Positions 42,449 to 52,714 of a stretch of DNA of 64,000 bases are shown piece by piece. The position numbers and the translations under genes are program-made. The DNA lies in the NCBI GenBank assembly GCA_965221955.1, contig CBDCTA010000029.1:448001-512000 (forward strand), in the 5' to 3' direction. Position 1 is the first letter of the stretch. Each line of letters opens with the position of its first letter. Source of the stretch: Gammaproteobacteria bacterium. GTDB taxonomy: Bacteria > Pseudomonadota > Gammaproteobacteria > UBA4575. The notes beneath the pieces were generated by a model. That model was not told where the DNA came from, did not search any database, and saw nothing but the letters and a program-made list of their open reading frames with translations.

Positions 42449-42838
42449 ATGTCTGAAAAGGAAAAAATTCGTATTGATAAATGGCTTTGGGCGGCACGCT
42501 TTTTCAAAACACGTGCATTAGCATCAAAAGCCGTAGATGGTGGCAAAGTGCACCTGAATGGTCATCGGGTTAAATCATCACGTCCCATTCAAATTGGTGA
42601 CCAACTTGAAGTTACACGTTCACAAATAAAAACGATAGTTGAGGTAATAGGATTAAGTGATAAGAGGGGTCCTGCCAAAGAAGCTCAACTTTTGTACGAA
42701 GAAACAATCGAAAGTATCCAACAACGTGAGCTTAATTCTCAGCAAAGAAAAATTTTAAATGCCAGCATGCCACGATCAAAAGGCAAACCAGATAAACACC
42801 AACGCAAACAAATTCGTAAAGTTTCTGGGAAGCTGTAA
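42449..42838 (+). CDS. hslR: Ribosome-associated heat shock protein Hsp15
   Basis: RIDKWLWAARFFKTR S4 domain, RGPAKEAQLLYEET. Confidence 0.93.
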   Translation: MSEKEKIRIDKWLWAARFFKTRALASKAVDGGKVHLNGHRVKSSRPIQIGDQLEVTRSQIKTIVEVIGLSDKRGPAKEAQLLYEETIESIQQRELNSQQRKILNASMPRSKGKPDKHQRKQIRKVSGKL

Positions 42839-42987
42839 GTTATACTTATGAACAGCTTGTGGAATATGAAAAGGCGGCGCAAGCCAGGAAACGTGGCACT
42901 GTGCTTTTACCAGATGACCCTTATTTTCAAGATCCAGATATGATGGTTTCCACCAACACACTACAGTAAGTGTATATAAAAAAGTAG

Positions 42988-43158
42988 TTAGAGTTTATTT
43001 TCTTGGTAGTTTTGAAAATACTGCTCGAATTCTTCTTTCGACATGTTGGATTCGGAAATATCCAAGCCATCATGTTTTTGCGTACGCTCAAACTTTTTAG
43101 TTATTTCGTCAGTTTGGTTGGAATGGTTGTTTCCCTCAACCTTCTTTTGGTTAGACAT
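42988..43158 (-). CDS. 56-aa hypothetical protein (not in the ORF track)
   Basis: MSNQKKVEGNNHSNQTDEITKKFERTQKHDGLDISESNMSKEEFEQYFQNYQENKL; purine-rich AAGGAAGACAGG before ATG. Confidence 0.55.
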   Translation of the reverse strand: MSNQKKVEGNNHSNQTDEITKKFERTQKHDGLDISESNMSKEEFEQYFQNYQENKL

Positions 43159-43332
43159 CCTGTCTTCCTTTTTGATTAAAAATATTATTTGTTAGCCTAA
43201 CAAAGAAATTTGCTGTAAGTGCCAATCAGTTGTATTACAGCTTACCGTTTATGCAGAATTATTCTGCATTGGTACAGGTGCGTAATAGCTAAAAAAATGG
43301 GAGATTAGCTGAGCGAGAAACTCAATATTTTT

Positions 43333-44139
43333 CTATTGATTAATCTTGAATGAGATCACAGATTTTGATTTATCATCAACAGGCTTGCCCATGCTCATTA
43401 CGCCGTTCGCAACGAGAGTTTGCTCGTCTTTAGAAACATGAATTTTTTGACCATTATCAAATTTGATATAGGTGCCGTTGAAGCTATTATCTTCTAAAAA
43501 GAATTTACCTTTTTTGAATACAATTTTGGCATGTGCACGAGATACGAATTTGCCTTGTACAATAATATCGCAACTGGGGTCACGCCCTACTTGGCAACTT
43601 TCTTTATTGTCCCCTGTGACAACATGTTTTTCGCCTTTTAAAAATAGCTCAATTGAGGTTTCTGGTTCTTTGCTATTTGCTGCAAGAGTAGGTTCCGGTA
43701 GTTCTGGCTGTGGTGCTTGAGGCTCCAGTTCTTCAGGGGTAAATTCTATTTCGGCGGATTCATCCATTTCCTCAATATCTTGAATTTTATTATTGGCAAC
43801 GGCTTCAGTATTCGTTGCATCCAGAATCTCTTCTTCTAAATCTTTAATTGAAGATGCAATATTTGATGAAGCAGGGTCATCGTCTTGAAGGGCTTCTTCT
43901 AATTCAAGTACTCTTGAGTCACTTAAATCAACGGAAGTGTTTTTAACTTCTTGTGATTCTTTTGCAGCAACAGGCGCTGGACTTTGCTTGTCTTGGGCAA
44001 CTTCCTCTTCTTCGCTTACTTCTCTGCGGTCTACTTTTCTGCGTCGGTTTTTAGTAACTAAAACACCATCACTATCAATAAAAGGATAAGTGACTTTGCG
44101 GCCCCAACGCCGACGTTCATTTTTTCTGCGTTCTTTCAT
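43333..44139 (-). CDS. FHA-domain protein with Arg-rich N-terminus and acidic linker
   Basis: GR...SRAHA...NGT FHA motifs; likely start MKERR. Confidence 0.85.
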   Translation of the reverse strand: MKERRKNERRRWGRKVTYPFIDSDGVLVTKNRRRKVDRREVSEEEEVAQDKQSPAPVAAKESQEVKNTSVDLSDSRVLELEEALQDDDPASSNIASSIKDLEEEILDATNTEAVANNKIQDIEEMDESAEIEFTPEELEPQAPQPELPEPTLAANSKEPETSIELFLKGEKHVVTGDNKESCQVGRDPSCDIIVQGKFVSRAHAKIVFKKGKFFLEDNSFNGTYIKFDNGQKIHVSKDEQTLVANGVMSMGKPVDDKSKSVISFKINQ

Positions 44140-44292
44140 GTAAAAGGAGGATAAACGAATCAACCTCAAAGTATGCGGAAATAGCTAACACTTTGAATAC
44201 CTTAAGACTATCCTACAGCCGGGTGGTAGAAATCGGCCGATTAATGAAGCTGGATATCAGCCTTATTTGTACAAGATGCGAGAATCAGCTTG

Positions 44293-44793
44293 CTAAGGGC
44301 AGAAGTAGTGAATGACGTCTTTTTCGACGTATTCGATTGGGGTGCCGAGACTTACAATTCCGCTGCCATGTAGTTCCATTTTCTCACCCATTAGAAACAT
44401 CTCACCTTCATCATTTTTGATATAGGTGCCATTGGTGCTGTGATCAGTAATCGTGAATTCACCATTGTCGAATTCGAATCTGGCATGTTGGCGAGAGGTG
44501 TAACGGTTTTGAATAATGACGCCACAAGATTGCGAACGACCTACGATAACTCTTTCAGACTCTGGAAAAATTTCACAGACTTCATCTTTGTGCCAAAGGA
44601 ATAATCTTGTGGCTTCTCGTTCAGGTGCTTCGTTATTATGAATTTCAATATTATTGATTCTTCGATCAGGTATTCTTCGCCTGTCTTCTCGAACTAATGT
44701 TTGGTCACTGTCGAAAAAAGGAAAGGGTGGGCTGTCGTTAGCAATTCGACGATCACCAAGTTTTCTTCGCTCGTTGATAAATTCAGTGGCCAT
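44293..44793 (-). CDS. FHA-domain protein with Arg-rich N-terminus
   Basis: VGRS...SRQHA...STNGT FHA motifs. Confidence 0.85.
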   Translation of the reverse strand: MATEFINERRKLGDRRIANDSPPFPFFDSDQTLVREDRRRIPDRRINNIEIHNNEAPEREATRLFLWHKDEVCEIFPESERVIVGRSQSCGVIIQNRYTSRQHARFEFDNGEFTITDHSTNGTYIKNDEGEMFLMGEKMELHGSGIVSLGTPIEYVEKDVIHYFCP

Positions 44794-45324
44794 ATTTATT
44801 TACGGTGAAAAGTATTTTACTCACATGAATTTTCATGTAAGTGTTTTTGGCAACACACGCTTTGTGTTGAGTGTTGCTTTATCTTTATGTAGCAATCAAT
44901 AGTGATTGCGTCAATTGCGGAGCCCAGATTTTAAACATGGCATATCCGTAGGTAGCAAGACCTAAAAATAACCAAATTGCGAGTAAAGTAACTGGGGAAA
45001 CTCGTTGTTCCTCAAAGATTGGAAGACTTGCGTTCTCTACAAGTTGTGTCATCGATGTACCTCAAAGACTAGATGTGTGGTTTCTAGGCGTGAATTTTAA
45101 CATGATGGCTGTTAAGTTGGTATGAAGTGATGATATTTTTTCGTCCACAATTACAAATATATTTTTGTGGAATTTATAGCCAAAACGGGTCTTTAAGGCT
45201 ATGCATATAGGCATAATTTTGGCTATAAAATAGCGGTTATAAAACAAAGATTTTACGTTTAGATGTTAAGATAACTTAAAGAATTTACTAGTGATTTAAG
45301 CCTAATAAATAGATTTAAAACTTC

Positions 45325-46620
45325 ATGAAAAAAATAGATCAAAGAAACTCTAGTTTGACAAATTCAAGTTTTGTTAAGCGTCCGATCGACTCAAATTCGA
45401 TCAGCCAGGGGGCGCTTGATGTCATTTCCAAGCTGCATGCCGCGGGGTTTCAGGCCTATATTGTCGGTGGTGGAGTGCGTGATTTGTTGCTGGATTTGCA
45501 CCCCAAAGATTTTGATATTGCTACCAATGCCACTCCTGAAGATGTGCGAAGACTATTCGATAATAGTCGCATCATTGGCCGGCGTTTTCGTATTGTGCAT
45601 GTTTATTTTGAAGGTGGAATGGTTGAAGTTGCTACTTTCCGTGCTGCAAATACGGCTAGTACGAATAAAGAAGGACGCATTATTGCAGACAATACATTTG
45701 GCAGCATTGAAGAAGATGCGTTTCGCCGTGACTTTACCGTCAATGCATTATTTTATGATTCGGAACACGGCCAAATTCTAGATTTAGTAAATGGTTTGCA
45801 AGATGTTGATGCCAAGCTATTGCGTGTAATAGGCGATCCCGATTTGCGTTTTCGTGAAGATCCTGTGCGGATGTTGCGTGCAGTAAGGCTGGCAACAAAA
45901 TTAAATTTTGAAATCGAAGATAGTGCTAAAGAAGCTATTTATCGTTTAGGTTGTTTATTATCTGAAGTGCCTTCTGCACGTTTGTTTGATGAAATGATTA
46001 AGCTATTCCATAGTGGCTTTGCGTTACAGACCTATCACGGTTTGCGTGAGTTTGATTTATTTCGTCATATGTTCCCGTTAACCGAACAGGTGCTCGAGCA
46101 AGAGGCCGTTGATGAAGAACTTACGTTTACACATCTAGTTCGAATTGCTTTGGAAAATACCGATGAGCGTATACGTTCAGGAAAATCTGTTACACCTGCA
46201 TTTTTATATGCAGTGTTTTTGTGGGGACCTATGCGTAAGCTAAGCAAGCAATTAGAGTTAGATGGTCTCTCGCCACGAGTAGCGCATGATGCGGCAGCCA
46301 AAGACACTATTCTTTCGCAACTCCCGTATACCTCAATTCCAAAACGCTTTTCTTACCCAATGCGCGACATTTGGGATTTGCAATATCGTTTTTATCGTCG
46401 ACGTGGCAAACAAGCCTATAAACTTTTTGAGCATGATCGGTTTCGTGCAGCTTATGATTTTTTATGTTTGCGTGCCAGTGCAGGTGAGCCCGTAGATGAG
46501 CTTTGTGAATGGTGGACGGTATTTCAAGATGTGGATGATGCAACGAGGAGTAGAATGTTGCGTGGCCCTAAGAATAGAAAAGCAAAAACAGGCCGAACTA
46601 AAAATAAAACCTATCACTAA
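45325..46620 (+). CDS. pcnB: Poly(A) polymerase I
   Basis: GGGVRDLL, PKDFDIAT, IIGRRFRIVHV, RRDFTVN, FRAAYDFL. Confidence 0.96.
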   Translation: MKKIDQRNSSLTNSSFVKRPIDSNSISQGALDVISKLHAAGFQAYIVGGGVRDLLLDLHPKDFDIATNATPEDVRRLFDNSRIIGRRFRIVHVYFEGGMVEVATFRAANTASTNKEGRIIADNTFGSIEEDAFRRDFTVNALFYDSEHGQILDLVNGLQDVDAKLLRVIGDPDLRFREDPVRMLRAVRLATKLNFEIEDSAKEAIYRLGCLLSEVPSARLFDEMIKLFHSGFALQTYHGLREFDLFRHMFPLTEQVLEQEAVDEELTFTHLVRIALENTDERIRSGKSVTPAFLYAVFLWGPMRKLSKQLELDGLSPRVAHDAAAKDTILSQLPYTSIPKRFSYPMRDIWDLQYRFYRRRGKQAYKLFEHDRFRAAYDFLCLRASAGEPVDELCEWWTVFQDVDDATRSRMLRGPKNRKAKTGRTKNKTYH

Positions 46621-46637
46621 TCCTATTTTTTAATGTC

Positions 46638-47138
46638 ATGTCAGTCGTTGATGCCTATATTGGTTTAGGAAGTAATCTGTCTGGCCCTCAATTGCAAGTC
46701 ACCCAGGCTTTGCGGGAGCTGGATGCCATAAAAGAAACCCAGTTGATAAAGGCCTCTAGTTTATACATCAGCAAGCCTATGGGGCCTTCCGACCAGCCAG
46801 ACTATATTAATGCAGTGGCAAAAATTGCTACGCTCTTATCACCAGAAGGCTTGTTGAGAGAGTTACAAGATATTGAGCAAAATCACCAGCGTGACCGTAA
46901 AGACCATCGCTGGGGGCCAAGAACGTTGGATTTAGATATCATTCTATATGGGGATGTGCAGATGAACACCAAGAAGCTGCAAATTCCACATTATGGTGTG
47001 GCAGAGCGAGAATTTGTACTTATCCCTTTACAAGAGCTGCAAGCGGACCTCATTATTCCAGGCAAGGGGTCGGTAGCAGAACTAATTGGCCAATTACCAC
47101 CATATAGTTTAGAAAAGCTGAACAACAATAATGAATAG
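46638..47138 (+). CDS. folK: 2-amino-4-hydroxy-6-hydroxymethyldihydropteridine diphosphokinase
   Basis: GLGSNL, WGPRTLDLDI. Confidence 0.96.
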   Translation: MSVVDAYIGLGSNLSGPQLQVTQALRELDAIKETQLIKASSLYISKPMGPSDQPDYINAVAKIATLLSPEGLLRELQDIEQNHQRDRKDHRWGPRTLDLDIILYGDVQMNTKKLQIPHYGVAEREFVLIPLQELQADLIIPGKGSVAELIGQLPPYSLEKLNNNNE

Positions 47139-47781
47139 TCATAACCTTAAATATATCGTCGTTGAAGGGCCAATTGGTGTGGGTAAGACTAGCTTGGCTC
47201 AGCGCTTAGCAGATGAATTTGGTTCGACTTTATTGTTGGAGCATGTTGAAGATAATCCATTCCTTGAGCGTTTCTATCAAAACCCGCGTGAAGCAGCTTT
47301 GTCTACGCAATTGCATTTTTTGCTGCAACGCACCAAACAATTACAAGAGTTCAAGCAAGCGGATATTTTTTCGCCTGTAAGAGTGGCTGACTTTCTGATT
47401 GAAAAAGATCGTTTGTTTGCACAAGTCACTTTGAATGTAAGTGAGTATGAACTCTATGAGCAGGTGTATTCGCATTTGACTATTGACGCACCAAAACCTG
47501 ATTTAGTGGTGTATTTACAGGCACCGGTGGAAGTTTTAATTCAACGCATTCGTAAACGGGGCCGAGGTTATGAGCGTTTAATCGAAACCTCATATTTAGA
47601 ACAGCTAAATGAAGCGTATGCAAAATTCTTTTACGACTATGAAGAAGCGCCTTGCTTAATTGTTAACGCAAGTGATATCGACTTTATTAGCAACGAAAAA
47701 GACTACCAACAACTATTGCATGAAATATTAAATACTGAAGCGGGTAAACGCTACTTTAATCCTCTACCTTTTGCTGGTTAG
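47131..47781 (+). CDS. Deoxynucleoside kinase
   Basis: EGPIGVGKTS, NPFLERFY, PDLVVYL, RIRKRGR. Confidence 0.92.
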   Translation: MNSHNLKYIVVEGPIGVGKTSLAQRLADEFGSTLLLEHVEDNPFLERFYQNPREAALSTQLHFLLQRTKQLQEFKQADIFSPVRVADFLIEKDRLFAQVTLNVSEYELYEQVYSHLTIDAPKPDLVVYLQAPVEVLIQRIRKRGRGYERLIETSYLEQLNEAYAKFFYDYEEAPCLIVNASDIDFISNEKDYQQLLHEILNTEAGKRYFNPLPFAG

Positions 47782-47927
47782 AAAGCTCTGATTTATCCTC
47801 ATACTTCGTTAAAAAAATATCTCAAATGCTCATTTACTTACAAGTAAACTCCGCTTCCTCGATATTTTTTTGCCTCGTCTGAGTCGTAAATTTAGTAATA
47901 TGTCACTAATAAATCAGAGCTTTCTAA
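47778..47927 (+). mobile_element. MITE-like palindromic element, copy 1
   Basis: Perfect 19-bp TIR TTAGAAAGCTCTGATTTAT/ATAAATCAGAGCTTTCTAA; overlaps the upstream stop codon. Confidence 0.8.
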
Positions 47928-47937
47928 TTTAAATAAG

Positions 47938-48735
47938 ATGAGCATTCATAAACCACATAAAAATATAACGCTTAGTCGTTTGCAAGAGATGAAGGCGAAT
48001 AATGAAAAGATTGCTTGCTTGACGGCTTACGATGCAAGTTTTGCAGCTATTCTTGATCAAGTTGGAATGGATGTCATCCTTGTGGGAGATTCACTCGGCA
48101 TGGTTGTGCAGGGACAAGACAGTACTGTATCTGTGACGATGGAAGATATGATTTATCACAGCCAATGTGTAAGTGCTGCTGTAAAGCAGGCCTTTGTGAT
48201 TGCGGATATGCCGTTTATGTCTTATACCAATGTTGAACAAGCGTTAGCGAATGCCACGGATTTAATTCAGTTAGGTGGTGCGCAAATGGTGAAGCTTGAA
48301 GCTTCTAGTAGACAGGTAAGTATTGTGCAAGAGCTAAGCGAATGCGGAATTCCTATTTGTGCGCATTTGGGTTTGCGCCCACAATACATTCATAAGCTTG
48401 GTGGCTATGCCATGCAAGGCAAAGATGAAGCCAGTGCTAAAGAACTAACTCAAAGTGCACAAAGTCTGCAAGCAGCAGGTGCTGATATGTTGTTACTGGA
48501 ATGTGTGCCGGATGCGTTAGCGAAAAAGATTACACAAAAATCAGCTATACCTGTGATAGGGATAGGTGCAGGTAAAGAATGTGACGGACAAATTCTTGTA
48601 TTGCATGATGTTATTGGAATTACCCATGGCGTAACACCAAAGTTTGCAAAAAACTTTCTTGTTGAGGCTGATGATATTCCATCTGCTATTGGTCAATACG
48701 TTAAAGATGTGAAAAATCTTACCTTCCCATCTTAA
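47938..48735 (+). CDS. panB: 3-methyl-2-oxobutanoate hydroxymethyltransferase
   Basis: LTAYDA, LVGDSLG, ADMPF, IGIGAG..CDGQILV. Confidence 0.96.
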   Translation: MSIHKPHKNITLSRLQEMKANNEKIACLTAYDASFAAILDQVGMDVILVGDSLGMVVQGQDSTVSVTMEDMIYHSQCVSAAVKQAFVIADMPFMSYTNVEQALANATDLIQLGGAQMVKLEASSRQVSIVQELSECGIPICAHLGLRPQYIHKLGGYAMQGKDEASAKELTQSAQSLQAAGADMLLLECVPDALAKKITQKSAIPVIGIGAGKECDGQILVLHDVIGITHGVTPKFAKNFLVEADDIPSAIGQYVKDVKNLTFPS

Positions 48736-48860
48736 AGAAGCTCTGATTGAACTTAATACTTCGTTAAAAAAATAATCTCAAATTCGCTCATGTATATATC
48801 AATACACTTCGCTCTTTTCGATATTTTTTGCCTCGTCTTAAAGTAAATCAAAACTTCCTA
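48733..48860 (+). mobile_element. MITE-like palindromic element, copy 2
   Basis: GAAGCTCTGATT...AATCAAAACTTC ends, same CTTCGTTAAAAAA / GCTCATGTAT / TTTTTTGCCTCG core. Confidence 0.8.
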
Positions 48861-48868
48861 CACTCCGC

Positions 48869-49720
48869 ATGTTTACGGTAAATACTGTTGCAGAACTACG
48901 CAAGAAAATAAGCGCTTGGAAATCTCAAGGTAAAAAAATCGTATTCGTTCCCACGATGGGAAACTTACATATTGGGCATATGGCATTGGTTAAACATGCG
49001 CATCGCTGTGGAGATAAAGTTGTTTGTAGTATTTTCGTCAACGCACTGCAGTTTGATCGCAATGAAGATTTAAATGCTTACCCACGCACGCCAGATCAAG
49101 ATCTTGCTGCATTAGAAAATGAAAATGTAGACTTAGTTTTTATGCCTACGCATGAAGAAGTATATGCAGAAGAAAACAAGCCGAAAAAAGTAATTCCAAA
49201 GCATCCGCTCAACCAAGAGCTATGTGGCGAATATCGTCCAGGTTTTTTTGATGGCATCGTTGAAGTGGTTGCAAGATTATTTAATATGGTTACACCTGAT
49301 GTGGCGGTGTTTGGTGAGAAGGATTATCAACAGTTAATCATTATTAAATTATTAGTTGCGAATTTAGGCTTGCCTATAAAAATTGAATCCGTTGCAACTC
49401 AAAGAGAAGAAGATGGATTGGCATATAGCTCACGGAATTCATATTTGAGTGCAGAAGAAAGAGCAAAAGCTAAGCATTTGCATGCAGCATTAATGAGTGT
49501 AAAGACTCAAATTAAATCCGGTTTTAAAAACTTTGAGGCATTGGAAGATCAAGCGATGGGACAGCTTTCTTTGGCCGGATTTCGGCCTGATTATGTAGCT
49601 ATTCGGGATGCTGAAGATCTTGCTAATCCTGCATATGCTACTGATTCTATTGTAATTTTAGCAGCTGCGTGGCTAGGGAAAGCGCGCTTGATCGACAACC
49701 TACTGTTACAAATGCGCTAA
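48869..49720 (+). CDS. panC: Pantoate--beta-alanine ligase
   Basis: PTMGNLHIGH, FGEKDYQQ, SSRNSYL, RLIDN. Confidence 0.96.
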   Translation: MFTVNTVAELRKKISAWKSQGKKIVFVPTMGNLHIGHMALVKHAHRCGDKVVCSIFVNALQFDRNEDLNAYPRTPDQDLAALENENVDLVFMPTHEEVYAEENKPKKVIPKHPLNQELCGEYRPGFFDGIVEVVARLFNMVTPDVAVFGEKDYQQLIIIKLLVANLGLPIKIESVATQREEDGLAYSSRNSYLSAEERAKAKHLHAALMSVKTQIKSGFKNFEALEDQAMGQLSLAGFRPDYVAIRDAEDLANPAYATDSIVILAAAWLGKARLIDNLLLQMR

Positions 49721-49774
49721 ATCAGTATACTTTACTTATACAGATTCTATGCGATTTTAAATTAGGAGTTAATT

Positions 49775-49873
49775 ATGTGGATGTTGGTTGTTTTATGTGT
49801 TGTATTAACAGTAGCAATAAACCTTGCAGCACAATTGAATTTATTCAGTCATCTTAAGAATGGTACTTATTAA
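49775..49873 (+). CDS. 32-aa hydrophobic small protein (not in the ORF track)
   Basis: AGGAG RBS, MWMLVVLCVVLTVAINLAAQLNLFSHLKNGTY, followed by a terminator. Confidence 0.55.
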   Translation: MWMLVVLCVVLTVAINLAAQLNLFSHLKNGTY

Positions 49874-49909
49874 TAGTTGCTAATTCTTTTAAGGAAATTG
49901 AGAATTCTA

Positions 49910-49937
49910 GGGGCGCATGTTGCGCCCTTATTTTTTT
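49910..49937 (+). terminator. Rho-independent terminator
   Basis: GGGCGCA-tgt-TGCGCCC followed by TTATTTTTTT. Confidence 0.8.
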
Positions 49938-49941
49938 GTCC

Positions 49942-50068
49942 TGAAGAAGCATTGATTTGTTCTGGCTACTTCGTTAAAAATCATTTCTATTTCATTAATG
50001 TATAGATCAATACACATCACTCATTTCAATGATTTTTGTCTCGTCTCAAAATAAATCAATGTTTCTTT
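49942..50068 (+). mobile_element. MITE-like palindromic element, copy 3
   Basis: AAGAAGCATTGATTT/AAATCAATGTTTCTT ends, conserved core. Confidence 0.75.
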
Positions 50069-50073
50069 GAGAT

Positions 50074-51636
50074 ATGGGTAGATCATTAACAAAGTTATCT
50101 TCTTACCAAGCGCTCGCTTCACACTTTGACGAAATAAAATCGCAAACTTTGCGCCAAATGTTTGCGCAAGATGTAAATCGTTTTTCTAATTTTTCTGTGC
50201 AGCTCAATGGCTTGCTGTTTGACTACTCAAAAAATCGCATTACACAAGATACCATCAAAGAGCTCGTTACTTTGTTTGATGAATGTGATGTTTCTATGTG
50301 GCGAGACAAAATGTTTGCTGGTGAAAAGATTAATTCAACAGAAAATCGAGCAGTACAGCATGTGGCTTTGCGTGATTTGGAGAATAAAGATTCTGATATT
50401 GCAAGTAAGCAACTAGATGTATTAGAAAAAATTGAATCTTTTGTTTCTAATTTGTATGCATCAAATATAACAGATGTCGTGAATATTGGTATTGGCGGCT
50501 CACATCTTGGCCCACAGTTTGTGTGTGATGCATTGCAAGAGTTTTCAAAGCCAAATATTAATATTCATTTTGTATCAAACGTGGACGCGGAAGAAAGTAA
50601 ACGCGTGTTACAAAAGCTTAAACCAGAAACTACCATATTTATTGTTACTTCCAAGAGTTTTACCACGCAAGAAACGCTTACTAATGCTTTGGCTGCAAGA
50701 ATTTGGTTAGCAGATGGCCAGAACTTAAAAAACCAAGATCATTTTGTTGCGGTCACTGCAAATGTAGACAAAGCCATTGAGTTCGGCATTACAAAAGATA
50801 ATATTTTCCCGATGTGGGATGAAATTGGAGGGCGTTATTCGCTTTGGTCGGCTGTAGGCTTATCGATTGTAATAGCGATAGGTATGGATGCGTTTAAAGA
50901 ATTACTTGAAGGCGCGCATACGATGGATGAGCATTTTGTTTCTACGCCCGCGAATAAAAACATTCCTGTGTTAATGGCATTGTTAGATATTTGGAATCAA
51001 CATTTTATCGGTGCTACTGCACACGCTATTTTGCCTTACGATGTACGCTTAACGTATTTGCCTGCTTATTTACAGCAATTAGTAATGGAGAGTAATGGTA
51101 AATCGGTTGATCGTGAAGGGCAGCTGTTAGCAGTACCAAGTTCTGCAGTTTTATTTGGTGATGTAGGTACAAATGCGCAACATAGTTTTTTCCAATTACT
51201 GCATCAAGGTACACAAGAAGTTTGTTGTGATTTCATTGGAGTAGTAAAACCTGCTCACAAAAATAAAGAGCAGCATGATATTTTATTAGCTAATATGATT
51301 GGTCAAACTCAAGCTTTGATGATGGGGCAAACACTTGAAGAGGTTGGGGCTAATGAATTTGCAGAGCATAAAGTGTTTTCCGGCAATCGAGTCAGCAATA
51401 CAATTTTTTTAAACGAACTAACGCCTCACTCGTTAGGGATGCTACTTGCCATGTATGAACATAAAACGTTTGCACACGGTGTATTGCTCAATATTAATTC
51501 CTTTGATCAGATGGGGGTTGAGTTAGGTAAAAAACTAGCTAATAACTTACTCGACAAAATTAAAAGCACGAATGCTGTGGAGGATGAAGACTCATCAACT
51601 AATGCATTGATAAATTTTTATAAGAAATTTAAATAA
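50074..51636 (+). CDS. pgi: Glucose-6-phosphate isomerase
   Basis: IGIGGSHLGP, SKSFTTQET, GGRYSLWS, FDQMGVELGK. Confidence 0.96.
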   Translation: MGRSLTKLSSYQALASHFDEIKSQTLRQMFAQDVNRFSNFSVQLNGLLFDYSKNRITQDTIKELVTLFDECDVSMWRDKMFAGEKINSTENRAVQHVALRDLENKDSDIASKQLDVLEKIESFVSNLYASNITDVVNIGIGGSHLGPQFVCDALQEFSKPNINIHFVSNVDAEESKRVLQKLKPETTIFIVTSKSFTTQETLTNALAARIWLADGQNLKNQDHFVAVTANVDKAIEFGITKDNIFPMWDEIGGRYSLWSAVGLSIVIAIGMDAFKELLEGAHTMDEHFVSTPANKNIPVLMALLDIWNQHFIGATAHAILPYDVRLTYLPAYLQQLVMESNGKSVDREGQLLAVPSSAVLFGDVGTNAQHSFFQLLHQGTQEVCCDFIGVVKPAHKNKEQHDILLANMIGQTQALMMGQTLEEVGANEFAEHKVFSGNRVSNTIFLNELTPHSLGMLLAMYEHKTFAHGVLLNINSFDQMGVELGKKLANNLLDKIKSTNAVEDEDSSTNALINFYKKFK

Positions 51637-52710
51637 CTAGTTTAGTGTATGTTGTTGTAATGCCCATGCAACATGTTCTCTGACTAATTCGCTTGCATGG
51701 TTTCGTTTTTCTTGTAATGCGCGAAGTATTTTCGGTGAGCTGGATGCATTGCCTAGTGCTACCGCAATATTCCTCAGCCAGCATTCGTAGCCAACTCGCC
51801 TTATGGCAGAGCCTTCAGTATTTTTTAGGAAATCCTCTTCGCTCCAATTAAATAAATCAATTAACTGCGGTGCATCTAAATTATTACGCACAGCAAAATC
51901 TGCCAGCTCACTTTTTTGTTCAAAGCGATTCCAGGGGCAATATAGTTGGCAGTCATCACAGCCATAGATGCGGTTACCCATCGCTTTTCTAAATTCAACA
52001 GGAATGGAGGTTTTTAATTCAATCGTGTGGTAAGAAATGCAACGTCGTGCATCAAGTTTATACGGTGCAATGATTGCCTGAGTTGGACAAACTTCTATGC
52101 AGGTTTGACAGGTTCCGCAATGATTTTCGACACGCGAATCTATAGGTAATGGTAAATCGGTATATAGCTCACCAAGAAAAAACCATGAACCACATTCTTT
52201 GTTAATTAAATTGGTGTGTTTGCCTATCCAACCGAGACCGGCTTTTTCTGCTAAGGCTTTCTCAAGCACGGGGGCGCTATCGGTAAATGCTCGATAACCA
52301 AATGGCCCTACTGTATTCGCTATTTTATCTGCAAGTTTTTGTAAGCGTTTGCGAATCACTTTGTGATAGTCGCGCCCTAATGCATAGCGAGAAATATAAG
52401 CTTGTTCATAATTAGCTAATACTTCTTCTTCGCTTACTGCGTCTGGAGTTTGATAGTTAATACGTGTGGAGATGATACGAATAGTTCCAGGCACGAGTTT
52501 TTCTGGACGTGTGCGCTTCGTACCATGCTCACCCATGTAATACATTTCTCCGTGATAACCTGCATCTAGCCAATTCATTAAATGCGTTTCATGATCATTT
52601 AATTCAGTATTGCTGATACCGATTTCATCAAAGCCTAATTCTTTTCCCCAGTCTTTTATATCTTGAGCAAGCTTTGAAAAATCTATAGTTGGGTTATTCA
52701 TTGCTAACAT
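51637..52710 (-). CDS. queG: tRNA epoxyqueuosine reductase QueG
   Basis: RYALGRDYH, DSAPVLEK, two 4Fe-4S motifs. Confidence 0.96.
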   Translation of the reverse strand: MLAMNNPTIDFSKLAQDIKDWGKELGFDEIGISNTELNDHETHLMNWLDAGYHGEMYYMGEHGTKRTRPEKLVPGTIRIISTRINYQTPDAVSEEEVLANYEQAYISRYALGRDYHKVIRKRLQKLADKIANTVGPFGYRAFTDSAPVLEKALAEKAGLGWIGKHTNLINKECGSWFFLGELYTDLPLPIDSRVENHCGTCQTCIEVCPTQAIIAPYKLDARRCISYHTIELKTSIPVEFRKAMGNRIYGCDDCQLYCPWNRFEQKSELADFAVRNNLDAPQLIDLFNWSEEDFLKNTEGSAIRRVGYECWLRNIAVALGNASSSPKILRALQEKRNHASELVREHVAWALQQHTLN

Positions 52711-52714
52711 ATAA

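Noticed and set aside
44800-45320. Possible tRNA or sRNA in the long gap before pcnB
   Set aside because: No cloverleaf, T-loop or convincing terminator-bounded unit seen; an sRNA cannot be excluded without data.
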